Shown: piece by piece, positions 59,865 through 64,000 of the stretch
Position numbering within the stretch: position 1 is the first letter of the stretch
Layout: each line of letters starts with the position of its first letter
Source of the DNA: Macrostomum hystrix
Lineage: Eukaryota > Animalia > Platyhelminthes
Reading direction: 5' to 3'
NCBI GenBank assembly: GCA_950097015.1
Contig: CATNEN010000024.1
Span: forward strand, 3,162,001 to 3,226,000
Length of the DNA: 64,000 bases
Position numbers and translations under genes: made by a program
Notes under the pieces: generated by a model
Database searches by the model: none
Seen by the model: the letters and a program-made list of their open reading frames with translations, nothing else
What the model was told of the DNA's origin: nothing

Positions 59865-60470
59865 GACTAGAATGACCAGAAGATCCGTCTCAATGACCAG
59901 AAGATCAGTCTCAATGACCAGAAGATCAGTCAGAACGACCAGAAGATCAGTCTCAATGACCAGAAGATCAGTCTCAATGACCAGAAGATCAGTCTCAATG
60001 ACCAGAAGATCAGTCTCAATGACCAGAAGATCAGTCTCAATGACCAGAAGATCAGTCTCAATGACCAGAAGATCAGTCTCAATGACCAGAAGATCAGTCT
60101 CAATGACCAGAAGATCAGTCTCAATGACCAGAAGATCAGTCTCAATGACCAGAAGATCTGTCTCAATGATCAGAAGATCTGTCTCAATGACCAGAAGATC
60201 TGTCTCAATGACCAGAAGATCTGTCTCAATGACCAGAAGATCTGTCTCAATGACCAGAAGATCAGTCTCAATGACCAGAAGATCAGTCTCAATGACCAGA
60301 AGATCAGTCTCAATGACCAGAAGATCAGTCTCAATGACCAGAAGATCAGTCTCAATGACCAGAAGGTCAGTCTCAATGACCAGAAGGTCAGTCTAAATGA
60401 CCAGAAGGTCAGTCTCAATGACCAGAAGGTCAGTCTAAATGACCAGAAGGTCAGTCTCAATGACCAGAAG
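59865..60470. repeat. 21-bp minisatellite (GATCAGTCTCAATGACCAGAA), ~28 copies
   Basis: Direct reading. Confidence 0.97.
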
Positions 60471-60947
60471 GTGTATGATATATTTAACATTGGAATGACC
60501 AGATGACTACTGACTGAATATTTATGATTGTTCCAAAACTTGCTGGAATCAAATATTAGCGCCCAATATTTTTGTACCACAAGCAGGATTTATTTAAGCA
60601 AAAAAATGTGCCAAAAAATCTTCCTCACAAACGGAAATTCAGCAGAAACTGAAATTCGATGCGCCGCCTATATTGAAAAGATTCGCCGAGAAATATTCGG
60701 CCAAAATTTTTAATCTAGCGGCCGTCTTTAACACCTGCGCGTTCGTCTGGCCTTGCTCTAATCTGGATGTGAAATTTTTCGACGGCATGATGCAGAGTCA
60801 GACCCTACACCCCAGAGCCAAAAATCTGTTATTTTCTTGGCAGCGAGTGGGCAGCAAACTGATTGTAATGCGCTGATTACTGAGATGCATATTCGACTGA
60901 TTTGTATTTTTCTGCGACGCATAAAGTAGATCCTTGATTTTTTACTC

Positions 60948-61750
60948 ACATCTATAGAATTGGAATTAGCTCGCATCTATAGAATCGCATCTATAGAATT
61001 TGAATTAGCTCGCATCTATAGAATCGCATCTATAGAACTGGAGTTAGCTCGCATCTATAGAATCACATCTATAGAACTGGAATTAGCTCACATCTATAGA
61101 ATCACATCTATAGAACTGGAATTAGCTCACATCTATAGAATAACATCTATAGAACTGGAATTAGGTCACATCTATAGAACTGGAATTAGGTCACATCTAT
61201 AGAACTGGAATTAGGTCACATCTATAGAACTGGAATTAGGTCACATCTATAGAACTGGAATTAGCTCACATCTATAGAATAACATCTATAGAACTGGAAT
61301 TAGGTCACATCTATAGAACTGGAATTAGGTCACATCTATAGAACTGGAATTAGGTCACATCTATAGAACTGGAATTAGGTCACATCTATAGAACTGGAAT
61401 TAGGTCACATCTATAGAACTGGAATTAGCTCGCATCTACGAGCCATAGAATCGCATCTATAGAACTGGAATTAGCTCGCATCTATAGAATCACATCTATA
61501 GAACTGGAATTAGCTCGCATCTATAGAATCACATCTATAGAATTGGAATTAGCTCACATCTATAGAATTGCATCTATAGAACTGGAGTTAGCTCGCTTCT
61601 GTAGAATCACATCTATAGAACTTGAATATGGAACTGCATCTATAGAGCTCGCATCTATAGAATCGCATCTATAGAACTGGAATATGGAACTGCATCTATA
61701 GAGCTCGCATCTATAGAATCGCATCTATAGAATTTGAATTAGATCACATC
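60948..61750. repeat. Composite array built on CATCTATAGAA, with ~25-bp and 39-bp units
   Basis: Direct reading. Confidence 0.93.
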
Positions 61751-62992
61751 TGCTGCCTGTTGCTCCGACATTCTTAATGACCCCCTGTCGTGGGGTTGTT
61801 ACTATCCCCACCACGTTGGAGACAACTAAAATCGATAAATTAGTCAGGTATGCGAGATGCGGAACGAATTATATCGACGGAGGACCTATTCTGCCTAATG
61901 GGGTAACTACAGATTCAATATCGAAGATCATGTTTAGCCCCTCAGGGACGTTACGGAGCGATGTGTTCCTGTGTGCGCCTTTTTTGCTAGATATTTATGC
62001 TTACCCCTTAGATCTAGTCATTGATATTTGTCTCATGGCTACTTGGTTCTAGTATCTCATTGAGCAGATGCCTAAACAGATCTTTTCATTCGATGAGTCG
62101 TAAATATTTCTTATAAAAGAAAAAAACATTTTAATAGCCAGCGGTTCCTTAGCAGCTGGAACAGCCATAGGTTTATCGCTTAGACAATCTCTTGACGAAG
62201 GTAGAATGGTCAAGGATAGGGATACTCTGAGAGGGGAGTGCAAGGAACTGTTCACAGGTGCCTGCTTGCGAGGGCTGCTAATTCACTAATTACAGGTGGG
62301 ATAAGCACAAGATGGAGCTTCCTCACTCTCTGTGTTTCTCACTCTGTCTTACTACTAATGCTTCTAAAAATGGAGACTTGGAAAGCAACACGTGGAAGCG
62401 CATGCCTTCCTCCAACCCTCATGATCTTGGCGAGGTGTTTTCCGTTGGTGTTATTTTCGGATGGGCGAAGAAAAGGTGACAAGTCGGACCATGGCAACCG
62501 CCTTCGAGAATGAAGAATGTTTTTAGCTACGTGGCGGTGGTGGTAAATTATTTCAGACACCAATGAGTGAAAAGGTGCTAATCGAATGGCGGTTTATAAT
62601 ACGGCAAAATGTACTCCGTTTTTTTCTTAGAAAGCGTTGTAAATTTCATTTTAGCAAAAGCTAATTCGACCAGCGTCGCTAACCAACTATTAATAACTCA
62701 AAATCTGTTGCTTCTGTTACTGAAGCACCACGGAGTATTTCAAATGCCCACATTTTTCCTTCTTTCTGTATCTCTAAAAATCTTAAACTAATCTACATAA
62801 AAATCTAGAAAATGGACTAAAATTTTCCGCTCTATCCGATGAAACAACTTCCGGAATCTCAAAACATCGGCATCGTCGAGAAATTCAACGATACTCGTCG
62901 GGGTGTCGGGTGGGTGGCAGAAACCACAAAAATATGAAAACATTTTCTGTTCGCAACATTTTATTGTCGGCGACTATTGTTGACGATTCTGT

Positions 62993-63622
<630 letters not shown>

Positions 63623-64000
63623 TACCTCCGCACGACCCACCCAAATAGTCTGAGAATCGAACTCTGTGACCCCTAACTCAGTAGTCTGAAGCAATATACA
63701 GGGCTATAAGCGCAATGGAGAAAATATATAGCGGTGAAACTGTTTTCTGAGCTGATGATTGCTCTCTGGTCTCAAGATTGGGCAGCAGCCGTCTCTATTG
63801 ATTCGGAAATTTCTGGAAACACCTGCGACACCTCAACTGAGGGTCTAAAACGGCTCGCACTAACGCAGATCTACCCTAATTCCGTTCACGCAATTCAGTT
63901 TTTCTCAACAAAAATTTTTATCAATGCTCTACTTAACCAGTCGACGCGAGGTTGGACTAATCCGCCTCAGATTAATCCTGTCTCCGCTCCGCGAGCTCAG

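Noticed and set aside
11626-61750. Bias of repeat units toward multiples of three
   Set aside because: Roughly half the units, with many exceptions (22/23, 35, 40, 16/17, 43); not convincing at this sample size
61777-62800. Short ORFs between the last two arrays
   Set aside because: No recognisable motifs or splice structure

Overview
Eukaryotic (metazoan) genomic DNA with spliceosomal introns. GC-rich, Ala/Gln-run-rich exons sit among many minisatellites. The style suggests a free-living flatworm such as Macrostomum, but this is inference only. Six intron-containing host genes can be reconstructed by hand with phase-consistent GT-AG junctions: a divergent DEG/ENaC channel (+), a RUN-FYVE protein RUFY (-), a small ciliary CIMIP1/C20orf85-like gene (+), a GTP-dependent mitochondrial-type PEPCK (-), a GT7 beta-1,4-glycosyltransferase with the GalNAc-donor residue (-), and a Six4/5 homeobox gene (-). 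About a third of the window is tandem repeat, which explains almost all long ORFs in the track. Mobile DNA includes an intact DD34D mariner whose empty site is also in the window, a solo LTR, two tRNA-derived SINE families, four non-autonomous TIR elements and a decayed Gypsy. The most unusual region is 41.5-51.8 kb. It is a three-copy tandem duplication whose satellite appears to have arisen inside a BEL/Pao gag remnant, followed by a deleted copy of the PEPCK locus fused to a G4T4G4 minisatellite. No CRISPR array or prokaryotic system is present. All homology calls are from recognised motifs, not database searches, and repeat boundaries are approximate.
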